64,000 nucleotides of DNA from an uncultured Spirochaetota bacterium (GTDB lineage Bacteria > Spirochaetota > Spirochaetia > SZUA-6 > Fen-1364), in NCBI GenBank assembly GCA_963820525.1, contig CAWGAA010000003.1, forward strand, positions 32,001-96,000. The letters run 5' to 3'. The notes beneath the pieces are model-generated. The model was not told the origin of the DNA. It saw nothing but the letters and a program-made list of their open reading frames with translations, and searched no databases. This document shows positions 8,987 to 19,370 of this stretch, in pieces (position 1 is the first letter of the stretch; the number at the start of each line of letters is the position of its first letter). The position numbers and the translations under genes are program-made.

Positions 8987-10492
8987 TTAGGTTAAGTACA
9001 TGCCAATGCGCTCACTGATTTCCTCGTAGCTCAAATGCCTTTCATTCAAATCTTCCAGCTCACCAGCAATTCTGAAATCCCTAAATACAAGTATGCGCCT
9101 GGCTAAATCTATCATTTCAGCCATCTCCGATGAGATCAAGATAATACTTTTACCCTCATCATTTGCCATTTTCCAGATCAAGTCATGTATATACTCTTTG
9201 GCTCCTACATCAACGCCAATTGTTGGCTCATCGAGTATCAGGATATCGCAATCGGCGACAAGAGATTTGGAAATAGACACTTTCTGCTGATTCCCGCCGG
9301 AAAGATTGTTGACTATCTGCATAGGCGATGGCGTCCGTATGTCCAGTTTTTGTATCATTGACATTGTCTGTTCAAATTCTTTTCTAGGACTTATAAAGCG
9401 CGTTATTCGTGATGCAAGCCTTTTCCATATCGTTATATTGACGTTCGTATTCACAGATGCGCTTAGTATTAGACCCTCTTCTCTTCTGTTTTCTGAGATA
9501 TAGCCTATTCTGTACTTCTGCAGACTGTCATGTACTGAGGTGATTTTTGCTTTTTGGCCTTTCACGATTATCTGACCCGATTCATACGGGTATTCGCCTA
9601 TGACTGTCTTTGCTAGTTCTGTACGCCCTGAGCCAACCAGTCCGTAAAGTCCAAGTATCTCACCTTTATAAAGCTTGAGACTTATATTCTTAAACAACTT
9701 GCTAGTCAGATTTTGCAGTTCGAAAACTGGAGCCGACCTGTCACTCTTGAGATAGCCTCGCCACTCATCTCTTGGATTCCGACCTATCATCATGTTGACA
9801 ATATTCTCTCTCAACAAGCCTTCGACAGCTCGCGTGCCTACGCATCTTCCATCACGCAGGACGGTTACCACATCGCAAATCTCTAGTACTTCCTCCAGTT
9901 TATGTGACACAAATACAATGACCACGCCTTGTGATTTCAGTTTTCTTAGCAGCCTGAACAGGTTTTCGACTTCATTTGACGTCAGTGAAGACGTAGGCTC
10001 GTCCAGCAGCAAGACCTTCGCGTCTGCCGATAGCGCTTTTGCGATTAGGGCCAACTGTTTTTGAGCTGTGCTCAATCGCCCTATTTCGATATTCGGCGGT
10101 ACGTTCAAGCCCACTATTTGCATGTACTTACTTGCTTCTTTTTTCAGTTTCTTCCAGTCGATGGCAAGCGATTTTTTAAATAGGTAGAGCTTATCCAGCA
10201 TGATGTTTTCTGCAACAGTGCTCAGAGGGATTACTTGAATTTCTTGGCTGACAAGGCTTATTCGCCTATCGATTGCATCCTTGAAATCATGAAGGGCGAG
10301 CGCTCTTCCGTCGAGAAAGATTTCGCCCTCATCGGGCTTGTAGACACCACACATGATGTTGATCAATGTTGATTTTCCCGCTCCGTTTTCGCCTAACAGA
10401 GCATGTATCTCGTTTTCATTGAACGCCATCGATACATTATATAGCGCCTTAACCCCGGGAAAGGATTTGCTTACTGATTTGATCTCAAGCAC
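8987..10492 (-). CDS. Sugar ABC transporter ATP-binding protein (RbsA/MglA type)
   Basis: GENGAGKST; two NBD halves; LSGGNQQKV; DEPTIGVDVGAK. Confidence 0.95.
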   Translation of the reverse strand: MLEIKSVSKSFPGVKALYNVSMAFNENEIHALLGENGAGKSTLINIMCGVYKPDEGEIFLDGRALALHDFKDAIDRRISLVSQEIQVIPLSTVAENIMLDKLYLFKKSLAIDWKKLKKEASKYMQIVGLNVPPNIEIGRLSTAQKQLALIAKALSADAKVLLLDEPTSSLTSNEVENLFRLLRKLKSQGVVIVFVSHKLEEVLEICDVVTVLRDGRCVGTRAVEGLLRENIVNMMIGRNPRDEWRGYLKSDRSAPVFELQNLTSKLFKNISLKLYKGEILGLYGLVGSGRTELAKTVIGEYPYESGQIIVKGQKAKITSVHDSLQKYRIGYISENRREEGLILSASVNTNVNITIWKRLASRITRFISPRKEFEQTMSMIQKLDIRTPSPMQIVNNLSGGNQQKVSISKSLVADCDILILDEPTIGVDVGAKEYIHDLIWKMANDEGKSIILISSEMAEMIDLARRILVFRDFRIAGELEDLNERHLSYEEISERIGMYLT

Positions 10493-10515
10493 AAATCCGC
10501 CCTTTTCTTCGCAAA

Positions 10516-10548
10516 ATGTCCTGCCGGCCCGTAAGGCCGGTAGGACAT
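10516..10548. terminator. Intergenic stem-loop between SBP and ATPase genes
   Basis: ATGTCCTGCCGGCC-CGTAA-GGCCGGTAGGACAT inverted repeat. Confidence 0.6.
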
Positions 10549-10564
10549 GATTCGTAAATCACTC

Positions 10565-11587
10565 TCACTTAGAGAGATACTTCACTGTCAGATCAGCTTT
10601 GATTTGCGTTGTTACCTTTTTTAGATCTTCCTTGTAGGTCCTTACATTGTCCTTATTCAGAACAACGATTCCAGCGTTTATCAAATATGGGGCTCCCTTG
10701 GCCGGCTTATAGCCTTTGGCCATGAGCTCCAATATCGACATCGCCAGATATCCTTGACCATACGGGTTTTGTGCGATTGAGCCATCAAGGTATCCCTTCT
10801 CAATTGCATCGAGAATAATGGGGTCATCGTCTATCCCAACGCACCTCAAGTGAATTCCGTTCTTCTTCTCGAAGTCCGTGAGGAACTTCGCAAGAGCAAC
10901 CGTAGGCACAAAACCTGTTACGATCGCTCCCTTGACGTTCGTCATGTTTGCAGACACAGCAGCTTCGATCTTCTCGATAGCCTCCTGCTCAGATCTGATG
11001 TTCGCAATATCCACAAGGGTTATATCTGGATACTTCTCTTTTACCTCATAAATTGAATCTTTGCGAATCTTCGTGTTAGGGTCTTCGAGGAGTTCAAGTA
11101 CGTTGATGATTGTTCCCCTACCTCCAACTGCCTTGAATACGGTCTCAGCAGCTATCTTGGCGGCATAACCCACATCTGTCATCACTGCGAAGCTGGCTGG
11201 AGTAGGCTGAATGGATGAAGCACCATATTGTACAATGGCACCGCCTTGCTTCACGACTTCAGAATAAAGACCGTTACTCGCACTTGGATCAGAAGGAAAA
11301 GCGGCCATGAACTTATAGCCTTGAGCAACGAGAGCAAGAACACCTGTGTTCATGCTGTCCTGGTTCCAATCCGGGCCTACTTGGATTTTTACTTCGATGT
11401 TCGGATTGTCAGCGGCAAAACCTTCCGCCCCCTTCTTGCACGCTTCACCGAATGGATGTGGAGCCGGGTAATACCAGCCGAGCTTGATTTTCCCTCCTCC
11501 TTTTTCACCAGCGCCTCCTGCCCACAGGCAAAACGTGCCTGCCAGTAGCATTAGAATTGCCGCTGCAAGGATTTTCGAACTTTTCAT
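10565..11587 (-). CDS. Sugar ABC transporter substrate-binding protein (RbsB-like)
   Basis: Signal peptide; VGIDDD...GSIAQNPYGQGY. Confidence 0.9.
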   Translation of the reverse strand: MKSSKILAAAILMLLAGTFCLWAGGAGEKGGGKIKLGWYYPAPHPFGEACKKGAEGFAADNPNIEVKIQVGPDWNQDSMNTGVLALVAQGYKFMAAFPSDPSASNGLYSEVVKQGGAIVQYGASSIQPTPASFAVMTDVGYAAKIAAETVFKAVGGRGTIINVLELLEDPNTKIRKDSIYEVKEKYPDITLVDIANIRSEQEAIEKIEAAVSANMTNVKGAIVTGFVPTVALAKFLTDFEKKNGIHLRCVGIDDDPIILDAIEKGYLDGSIAQNPYGQGYLAMSILELMAKGYKPAKGAPYLINAGIVVLNKDNVRTYKEDLKKVTTQIKADLTVKYLSK

Positions 11588-11661
11588 GACTCGCTCCTCC
11601 TGTGAATTCTTCGATCGCTCCTTAATAATCCATCAACGATGGATCAATACACATTCCTGCC

Positions 11662-12627
11662 TCAGGTCCTTTCTCCCTTTGCGATTCGCATGCGGAAGAA
11701 GTCAACTCCGACAGCGAGTAGAATGATAAAACCAAGGAAAGTGGACTCGAAATAGATGTTGACTCCAAGCATGATAAGTCCATTGCGGATAAGCGCCATC
11801 AACAAGCCAGAGAAAAAGAAACCAAAAGGGGCTACTGTTCCACCTGCCAGTGACGTTCCGCCTAAAATGGAGACGGCAAAAGAAACAATCAACCAATCCT
11901 GTCCAGTTGCGGGTTGAGCAGTCCCCATGCGTGAAATCCACAACATAGCTGATATTGAGGCGAGAACACCTGAAATGATGTGAGCGAGCATAATCATTCT
12001 GTCAGTCTTTATACCCGAGAGTCTTGCGGCCTGTATGTTCCCGCCGGTAGCCAGCAAGTGTCTGCCCACTATTGTAAATCGAAACACGTAGAAACCGATA
12101 CAAAGCATGGCGATCATCAGAATAAGCATTAGAGGGAATCCTCCCACATCCCCTTTGCCTATGATAGTAAAGGAATCCGATATCAGATATGGCTTTCCTT
12201 TGGATATGCCATTCAATAGGCCGAGGTACACAAAACTCGTTGCGAGCGTGACGATAAATGTGTTCAAGCCCATTTTTGTTATAATCAGACCATTCACTGA
12301 ACCTGCTACAAAGCCTACCAGCAGTCCAGCGGCCACTGCTATTAAAGGATGAACATGAAACACTTCCATCATTACGCCCACAATGACCGTTGTGAGGCCT
12401 CCAATTGAGCCGAGGGACAGGTTCATCCCCCCTACCACTAGCACTACTGCCTGTCCCAGGGCGATGAAAACGTTCTGTGACGCTGAGCGAAACACATTGA
12501 AAAGGTTGAACGGTGTGAAAAAGGCCTCGGCAGAGACTGAGAAGACGATGAACAGAACAATCGTCGCAATAATAGTACTGGAATCGTTGCGCTTTAGAAA
12601 TGAACGGAAGATATTCTGCTTCTGCAT
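11662..12627 (-). CDS. Sugar ABC transporter permease (RbsC-like)
   Basis: GGMNLSLGS; ATGGNIQAARLSGI; ILGGTSLAGG. Confidence 0.93.
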   Translation of the reverse strand: MQKQNIFRSFLKRNDSSTIIATIVLFIVFSVSAEAFFTPFNLFNVFRSASQNVFIALGQAVVLVVGGMNLSLGSIGGLTTVIVGVMMEVFHVHPLIAVAAGLLVGFVAGSVNGLIITKMGLNTFIVTLATSFVYLGLLNGISKGKPYLISDSFTIIGKGDVGGFPLMLILMIAMLCIGFYVFRFTIVGRHLLATGGNIQAARLSGIKTDRMIMLAHIISGVLASISAMLWISRMGTAQPATGQDWLIVSFAVSILGGTSLAGGTVAPFGFFFSGLLMALIRNGLIMLGVNIYFESTFLGFIILLAVGVDFFRMRIAKGERT

Positions 12628-12903
12628 CTTTGCTAGCTCTGAAACTTCATTCGATTTGCAGAGGCTAGATACACATTATCGTCGCGCTGTTTCCTGAAAG
12701 CAATATCTAAAAAGCTATACTTTCCCTTTAAAAAATTGACAAATTCACCCTTAAAACTTGAAACTGGGCTATTTTCTCTTTTTGAGAAGAATTTCCAAAG
12801 GGTCTTCCAGATACAAGACAAGGCTGCAGCAATATCCGCAGAACAGAGACCCACTGACGAGTGCGGCTTGAATCTCTCAATCCGCACGACAAGCTGCCCC
12901 GGT

Positions 12904-14634
12904 TCAGGCCCTTATCCTTAGCTGCGATGGATAAAATCCCTTATACTTTTTGAAGAGGGTGTAGAAATAGCTTACATTCGAATACCCGACGCGCTTCGCA
13001 ACCTGGCACGCCTTTAGGGTTTTGAACCGGAGGAGCTCTTCAGCCTTCCGCAGTCGAAGGTCGTTCAGATAAGTCGTGAAAGACATCCCTATTGCGTCGT
13101 GCAACAATCGCCCAAGGTACGTAGAGGAGAGATTGAACTGACAAGAAAGCACCTTCAGTGAGAGCTGCTCAGAGTAGTTCCTATTGACGTACCGGATTAT
13201 TCTATCTATCTTGCTTTCAGCCCGCTTCTCAAACATGATGGTTCTGATCACATCTTTCGAGATCCGACAAAGCCATTCCAGGGTTTTTCTTGGTGTCTTC
13301 TGGTTGAAGAGGTTCTTATAAAGACTCTCGAAGTCACTCAAGAGGGTCTGTTCATCCAAATCATTGATTCTCAGGAGATGAATGAGAATTGAGAGAACTT
13401 CGATTGAGAAGCCGCGGAAGAACTCCGGCGTTATGAGCTCTGACTCAACAAATGTGTTGTAAACATCCTCGAAGAACTTATCGACCTGGGTTTCATCCCC
13501 GTTTAGGATGGAAGCGGTGAGGAGCTGTAAAGAGACGCTGGAAAACTCAGGCTTCTTTAGCAGGAAGTCATCGACATTTTCCCGGGTTATGATGTTCACA
13601 GGAAGATTGTTGACAGGTTCGATAGCTAGGCCGTTGAACCAGTCAGCAGCTATCTTCATTGGCAGGGCGCCATCCGCCTGAGCAGGCTGGAATGTGAGCG
13701 CGTGGAGTTTTCCTTCCTTCACCAGCTGCATTCCCTTCTGCGTGTTGCCTGCGCTAACCATGATGATATCTTCTCTTCCAGCCTTCCTTATCGCCTCGTT
13801 GATCCCGTCCAGCCATGTTCTGTCGTCTGGGCATATGATCCCCTGTAATCCATGCCCGAACCTCCTGATCCAGCCCGTCACCAAGTTCATAGTCCTTTCG
13901 GCGCTAATCTCACCTTCTTTCCCAGCCGGACTCATTGCCAGACACTTCATCTTCGGGGCGAACTTCTTCAACTCCGTAATGACAGAGTATGTTCTGGAGT
14001 AATAGCAGGAGGTCCCCGGTAGGTGGCGGACGATAACATACCCGCCTTCGAATCCCATGCTCTTAGCGAAATGCCGCGCTAGAATTCGAAACGACCCCCA
14101 ATCGTCAGGGCCACACCAAGAGATGATGTACTTATGCGCTTCGACTTTAGGCATCAGGTTGCTTACGATTATCGGGATACGCTGCGCGTGCATTTCCTTT
14201 ACCCAACTCGTGCACGCCTCTATGTTAATGGGCACCAAGATCACGAGGTCTGGCTTCTCCCGGATCGCCTTTGAAACTTGCCTGCTCTGTCCTTCCATGG
14301 TCATATCCGCAGTCAGCGTCAGTAGCCTGACACCATATCTTTCCGCGATCTTGGATAGACCTTCAGCAAAAGCAGGAAAATACGGATGACGCGTGCCTGG
14401 CTGTAGGTAAACAACTTTCTTGCCCTTGGGGCCGTTTCCCGGGGATTCTGGCAGATTGACTTTCTTGATCCCCCAACCTGCATACTCCATGTTGTACCAG
14501 TGCCGTTCATCATCTCTTGGAAATCGCTCGGCTCTCTGTGGGCGGGGCGGGATGTCCTTGCCCTTCGTGTTCCACAATATCAGTAGACGGTCTTCACTAA
14601 AAAGCATACGGAATCTCCAATAAAAGGGCCCCAC
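12904..14634 (-). CDS. AraC-family regulator with N-terminal sugar-binding (periplasmic-binding-protein fold) domain
   Basis: RbsB-like domain (PDLVILVP, GIICPDD) plus C-terminal AraC HTH (VAKRVGYSNVSYFYTLFKKYKGFYPSQLR); start uncertain. Confidence 0.85.
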   Translation of the reverse strand: MGPFYWRFRMLFSEDRLLILWNTKGKDIPPRPQRAERFPRDDERHWYNMEYAGWGIKKVNLPESPGNGPKGKKVVYLQPGTRHPYFPAFAEGLSKIAERYGVRLLTLTADMTMEGQSRQVSKAIREKPDLVILVPINIEACTSWVKEMHAQRIPIIVSNLMPKVEAHKYIISWCGPDDWGSFRILARHFAKSMGFEGGYVIVRHLPGTSCYYSRTYSVITELKKFAPKMKCLAMSPAGKEGEISAERTMNLVTGWIRRFGHGLQGIICPDDRTWLDGINEAIRKAGREDIIMVSAGNTQKGMQLVKEGKLHALTFQPAQADGALPMKIAADWFNGLAIEPVNNLPVNIITRENVDDFLLKKPEFSSVSLQLLTASILNGDETQVDKFFEDVYNTFVESELITPEFFRGFSIEVLSILIHLLRINDLDEQTLLSDFESLYKNLFNQKTPRKTLEWLCRISKDVIRTIMFEKRAESKIDRIIRYVNRNYSEQLSLKVLSCQFNLSSTYLGRLLHDAIGMSFTTYLNDLRLRKAEELLRFKTLKACQVAKRVGYSNVSYFYTLFKKYKGFYPSQLRIRA

Positions 14635-14896
14635 GAAGCATTGAAGGCACGGTCAGCGAGCGATTGATAGCAACTACTATAGGTCCTCTGCGGGTGATTG
14701 CCAAGTGGTGAGGCCGCGAGGCGGCATAAAGCGGGTCTTGCAAGCCGTGAGCTGCGGATTGAGTAGCCGCCCATGAGGGGCATCAAGGGGAGAATCGACG
14801 CGCGAGTTGCGGCGGGCAGAAGAAGGGATGCCATCGCTCTCTGTATCCACACTGAAAGGACGGACTGGCCCCCAGGGTGGAGGGAGGGGAGAGGAA

Positions 14897-16637
14897 TCAG
14901 TTCAGCGACGCGGGGTGCAAGCCGGGTGGAGCCTTGCCGGTCTTGATGAGATGTCGCAGGATCTTGAGGACCTGCTTGGGGTCTGTGATGACGGCAAGCA
15001 CCTTCATCGGTTCGCCGCATCGCGCGCAGATCAACGGATCCGCGTCGTAGACCTTCTTGATCAGCCGAGCCCAGGCGGCACGGCTCTGCTTGGCCGACAC
15101 GGAGTCATCGGATTGGTGATCGTCGGGTGCACTGATGCGAACGGAAAGGTGGGGTGAATGCGCGCTCTTCCAGCCGTCGGGAGCGAGCCGCACGATGTAC
15201 GGGCTGGTAAGCCATGTGCCTCGACCGCGCGAGGAGTACAACCCGTAGCCGCGGATCAAGCGTGTGCGCGAGTCGGGCAGGTGCTGCAGGACCTCGGCGA
15301 CAAACTCGGTGGCGGGGAAGACTTTGGTGTCGGTGCGGAAGTAGTCGTTGTAGGGGGCATGGTAGACGACGGTATCCGTGCCTCCCTCGTCCACGAGAAG
15401 CTTCTTCAGCGAAAGGGGCGGCCGCACGATGTACTGCGAGAGCGCTTGGGGGCCTTGAGGGAACCCACGGGGATGCGGACGGATCCGTCAACGGAGAAGC
15501 CGGAGTGAGTCCAATCGACCATGCTCCTCGCCAGTCGTTTGTTCAAGAGCTTCCGCTGCAGGAAGAACGCGATGACCCTCTGGCGGAACCATGCACTCAT
15601 CTTCGCGAGGTCCACGACGGGGAGGTGGATGAATCTCCCTGTTGACACCGCTCGGAAACTGACCCTTTCACCGCCCGGAAATTGACCCACCTCCAGCCCT
15701 ATCTCCGGTAGAATCAGGTTGCCTAAACCAATCCACCGGAGGGAAGGATACTGAAGATGGGTCAAGCGCATGTTATCAGGCACAAGGTCTTCATAGAAGG
15801 CCGTTCCATTCGTCAGGTCACCGCACGCACAAACGAAAGGCAAAAGGAGGGCGAGAAGCTTCGGGTTCAGCATAAGGAGCCCGAGTGACACGGTGTGTCG
15901 CTTCATGTATAGTCCCTACGGCTGGGGTGGGTCAATTTCCGAGCGGTGAAGTGGATCAATAACCGAGCGGTGTTAGCACTCCCCTCCTTGTCGAACCCTC
16001 CCTCCAGGAAAAGCCCGTGCCAGTGCGGGTTCCATCGAGCGAATTCCCCCGAGCTCTGGAACACGATGACGCCGCCGGTGCGGATCTCCTTGCCCGCGGC
16101 TGCCATGGTGAAATCCCGTACAAACCCATAGACGAGTCGGCTGATCTCGCCGTGAAGCCGGCGGTCGTGACGGAAGAACACCCGCAGCACCTTGGGCACG
16201 GTGAAGACGAACTGCCGATGAGGCAGCCGTAGCAGCAGTTGCTCATTCATGTACTCGCCGAACAGGAGGGTCCGTTTCTGGGAGCAGGAGGGACAGAGGT
16301 GGAATACCTTGCAGGAGAAGGGTCGAAAGTATTCGGTCCTGCATCGCGGGTTGGTGCACTGGATGCGCGCGATCCCCTTGGTGTAGTCGCCGCACTCAAG
16401 AAACCGCTCCACAGCCTTGGTGAGCCGATCCAGGCGGAACCGTCCCACACGCCGGGCGTAGTGCGCCTCGTATCGTGCCGAGAAGCCCCCAAAGTGGGTA
16501 CGGAACAGACTCTGGAGCGAGCTGGTGCCCCGCTGCCGGTATGTTCCGGGTGGCGTCGCATCCAGGGACAGCGCCAGTTGCTCTGCCACAAGGGAGTAGA
16601 TGGCCTCAAGAGCGTGCCGCTTGCTTCCTGCGGGCAC
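14897..16637 (-). pseudogene. HUH transposase split by a MITE insertion and a frameshift near 15450
   Basis: Pieces in ORFs 15903-16637, 15406-15906 and 14897-15427; removing the insert and one TSD copy restores ...FDKEG-RFIHLP in frame. Confidence 0.85.
15640..15978 (+). mobile_element. 339-bp internally deleted IS21-family element (MITE) with 5-bp TSD CTCCC
   Basis: Ends TGTTGACACCGCTCGG / CCGAGCGGTGTTAGCA; CTCCC at 15635-15639 and 15979-15983; internal istA-like start LKMGQAHVIRHKVFIEGRSIRQV. Confidence 0.88.
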
Positions 16638-16649
16638 GTCCGACGCAAA

Positions 16650-17161
16650 ATGCTCTGGATTGGTGGTTCACCTGTTCGGGAAAGAGTACATGCGCCGATT
16701 ATTTGTCCAAGGAATATGGTTTTCAGGTTTATAGATGTGATGATTATATGTATAAACATATTGAAAAGTCCGATTCTGTAAAGAACCCGACAATGCATAA
16801 ACTTAAAGACATGACGTGGAATGAGATTTGGATGCGACCGGTTGACGACCAGATAATTGATGAAATCAATTTTTATTATGAAGAATTTGAGATGATTATT
16901 GAAGATATTGACGGGATGGAGTATTCAAATGGAATAGTAATTGAAGGAGCTGCAATTTTACCGGATTTGTTAAAAACTATTGGTGTAAAAGATAACCGTG
17001 TGCTATATTTGTTGCCTACTAGAGGATTTCAATATGAAAAATATTCAAAAAGGGAATTCATTAAAGATATTTTAAAGGAGTGCCTAAACCCGGAAAAAGC
17101 TTTTATAAACTGGATGGAAAGAGATCAAGGACTCTCAAAATATACCCTAACGTTGCAATAG
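16650..17161 (+). pseudogene. AT-rich P-loop (kinase-like) protein remnant
   Basis: LWIGGSP / CSGKST Walker A split by a 1-nt frameshift; IVIEG Walker B; markedly AT-rich; probably truncated. Confidence 0.65.
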
Positions 17162-17371
17162 ATCAGGGAGTTAAACGGCTGGGGCAAGACTTTCCATATA
17201 ATGCATTATTTCCTTTCGAGTTACTTCATTGCCACTCATAGTCAAACGAAAACGACCATGAGGTCGGGTCAAACGCCCTGGAGATATAACCGAAAGTTGT
17301 GGATGAGGCAAGAAAAAGAGCGTATCCTTCGATGTCCATCAGCCAAACGAAACACCGAAAGGAGTACGCTC

Positions 17372-17803
17372 ATGGAGAAAGACAAAGGTAGTACAGTCAG
17401 CCACAAGATTCAAGAGCAAACATCCGGGATGCTCCTGGAAGAGCTCGCCCGTAAGGGAGCTCAGCAGATTCTGGCACAAGCCTTGGAGAACGAAATCAGT
17501 GAGTTCATCGAGAAGTACCAACAAAGCAGCGATGCGGAGGGCAGGCGGCAGGTTGTCCGCAACGGCTACATGCCTGCCCGCGATCTGGTGACGGGGATCG
17601 GGCCCGTGACGATTCGCCAACCGCGCGTTGACGATCGGCGGCTCGAGGAGACCGAGAGGTTCAGCAGTCGGATATTGCCACGATATTTGAGACGTGTGGC
17701 GAGCGTGGATAACCTGATTCCGATCCTCTATCTCAAGGGAGTGAGCACGGGGGACTTTTCCGAAGCCTTGGAAGCGATCCTTGGCCCGGGTGCTCCCGGG
17801 TTA
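17372..17803 (+). mobile_element. IS256-family transposase, N-terminal fragment
   Basis: VVRNGY...TGIGPV.IRQPRVDDR...FSSRILPRY...LYLKGVSTGDFSEALEAILG; the DDE core is missing. Confidence 0.88.
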
Positions 17804-18996
17804 AGGATGTCGGCGTACGCCGCCCCGTCCTTGAACAAGGGCAGGGACTTGGAGCGGTCCGCGATGGCGAGAATGAGCGGCATGTACTCCGCGTACCTCG
17901 TGATGCCGGCGCCATACGCCTCTTTGGTGACGGGGAGCTTTCCCCAATTGTTGAACTGCCACTGCTGGAAGTCCTTGGAGAAGATGATCTCCCTGATGAA
18001 CGCCTTGGCGACGTCCTTGTTCTTGCTCGCGCTGGGGATCCACACGGAGTGCGTCCATATGATGCTTCCGTTCTTATCGGATCCGGGCCAGCTCACGTAC
18101 CCGATCGAATCTACGGGCTTGCCCGCGCTCAGGACGAGCTCCATCGTGTGGCCCTGCGCGGCAAAGAAGGACCCGGCCTTCCCGGTTTTCCACGCCTCGT
18201 AGCCCGCCGTATCGGTGACGGTGTAGTTCGCGAGCTTCTGCTTGTTCAGCTCCTGGAGCATTCCCAGCCACTTCTTGGCGGCCTCGCTCGACACGTCGTA
18301 GCCCTTCCCGCTCTTGTCCATGAAGGTTCCCGTCATGGCAAGCAGCGGCGCCACGTAGTTGTACTGGATGAACTCCTTGTCCCAGATCTGGACCTGGGCG
18401 CCCTGGTCCGCGTTCGGGGCCATCTTTTTGAACCAGTCGAAGAACGCGGGATCGTTGAAGGCGGGGATGGGCGCCGGCTTGCCGCCGACCCAAAGAACGG
18501 ACGCCTTCATGATCTCGGTGTTGATCCCGACGATCGCAACCTCACCCAGGAAGGGAATGACGGGACAGTAGCTGCCGCTTCCGTCGGCCTTCTTGAAGAG
18601 GCCCTCCCTGAGGAAGCCGCTCACGAAGTTTTCCTTCGCCATGTTGCCCGTGAGCATGTCGTCGAGGGGCTCCAGCCAGGCTCCCTGCCTGAGGATGTCG
18701 GCGAACTGAGCGCCCGTACCGGTCACGAACAGGTCGAACGAGGCCTGACCGGCCTGCCACTCCGGGATATACGCGGGGCCGCCCCACTTGTCCACGGTAA
18801 CGAGCTCGATCTTCACGTTGGGATGCGCCTTCATGAAGGTCTCGATCGACGGCACGAGGGCCGTCTTTGTCTTGGCCCAGGTCTGGGTCGCGATCGTCAG
18901 GGTCCTCGGCCCTGACGCGGAAATGTCCTTCTGTCCCCCGGCGAACAGGGTCGCCGCCGCGAAGACAAGAATGAGCAGGACAACGAGCTTCTTCAT
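17800..18996 (-). pseudogene. Carbohydrate ABC substrate-binding protein (family 1), 3' end replaced by IS256 DNA
   Basis: MKKLVVLLILVFAAATLFAGGQK signal; family-1 SBP motifs; reads into the antisense of IS256 after AAYADILN. Confidence 0.8.
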
Positions 18997-19306
18997 CGTC
19001 ACTCCTCCTTTGATGATTTGGCGATTTCCGAACGAGCCGTACCGGAAAACCCGGCGCGATTCGATCGGCATATTAATAGAAGGCAATATGCATGCCAGAT
19101 CGCGCGAATGATAGATGATTTCCTCGATTTGCCCTGACGATAACTCTTTATCCCGGAAGGAAAAGAAAAGTAGTTTTATGGATCGACGTGCGCCCCCGCC
19201 GAGCCCGACTCATGCCCGGCGTCAAGGCGGCAAAGAATTCCTCCCCACCGGCAATATTTGCCTCTCGCGCCAAGGCCTGCCGTACGCCTGCAAGTGTTCC
19301 CCTTCG

Positions 19307-19335
19307 TTGACAGGCTCACCCTCCGGTTGTAGGCT
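19307..19335 (+). promoter_or_regulatory. Putative sigma70 promoter of the AraC gene
   Basis: TTGACA-17 bp-TAGGCT. Confidence 0.5.
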
Positions 19336-19370
19336 TTCCGCGAAGATCCGACCATGGCTCGTGGAGGCCC

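Larger units (their letters stand above)
14661..16640 (-). mobile_element. IS91-family/ISCR-like rolling-circle element, interrupted; oriIS end at ~14661
   Basis: Zn-finger (CTNPRC...SCKVFHLCPSC), HRQFVFTVP, HUH motif PHWH, single-Tyr SQYIVRPP, IRGYGLYS, C-terminal WARLIKKVYDADPLICARCG; conserved end CCTATAGTAGTTGCTATCAATC. Confidence 0.88.

Noticed and set aside
17201..18202. 333-aa ORF as a full transposase
   Set aside because: Only 17372-17803 is IS256-like; the rest is antisense of the SBP gene.
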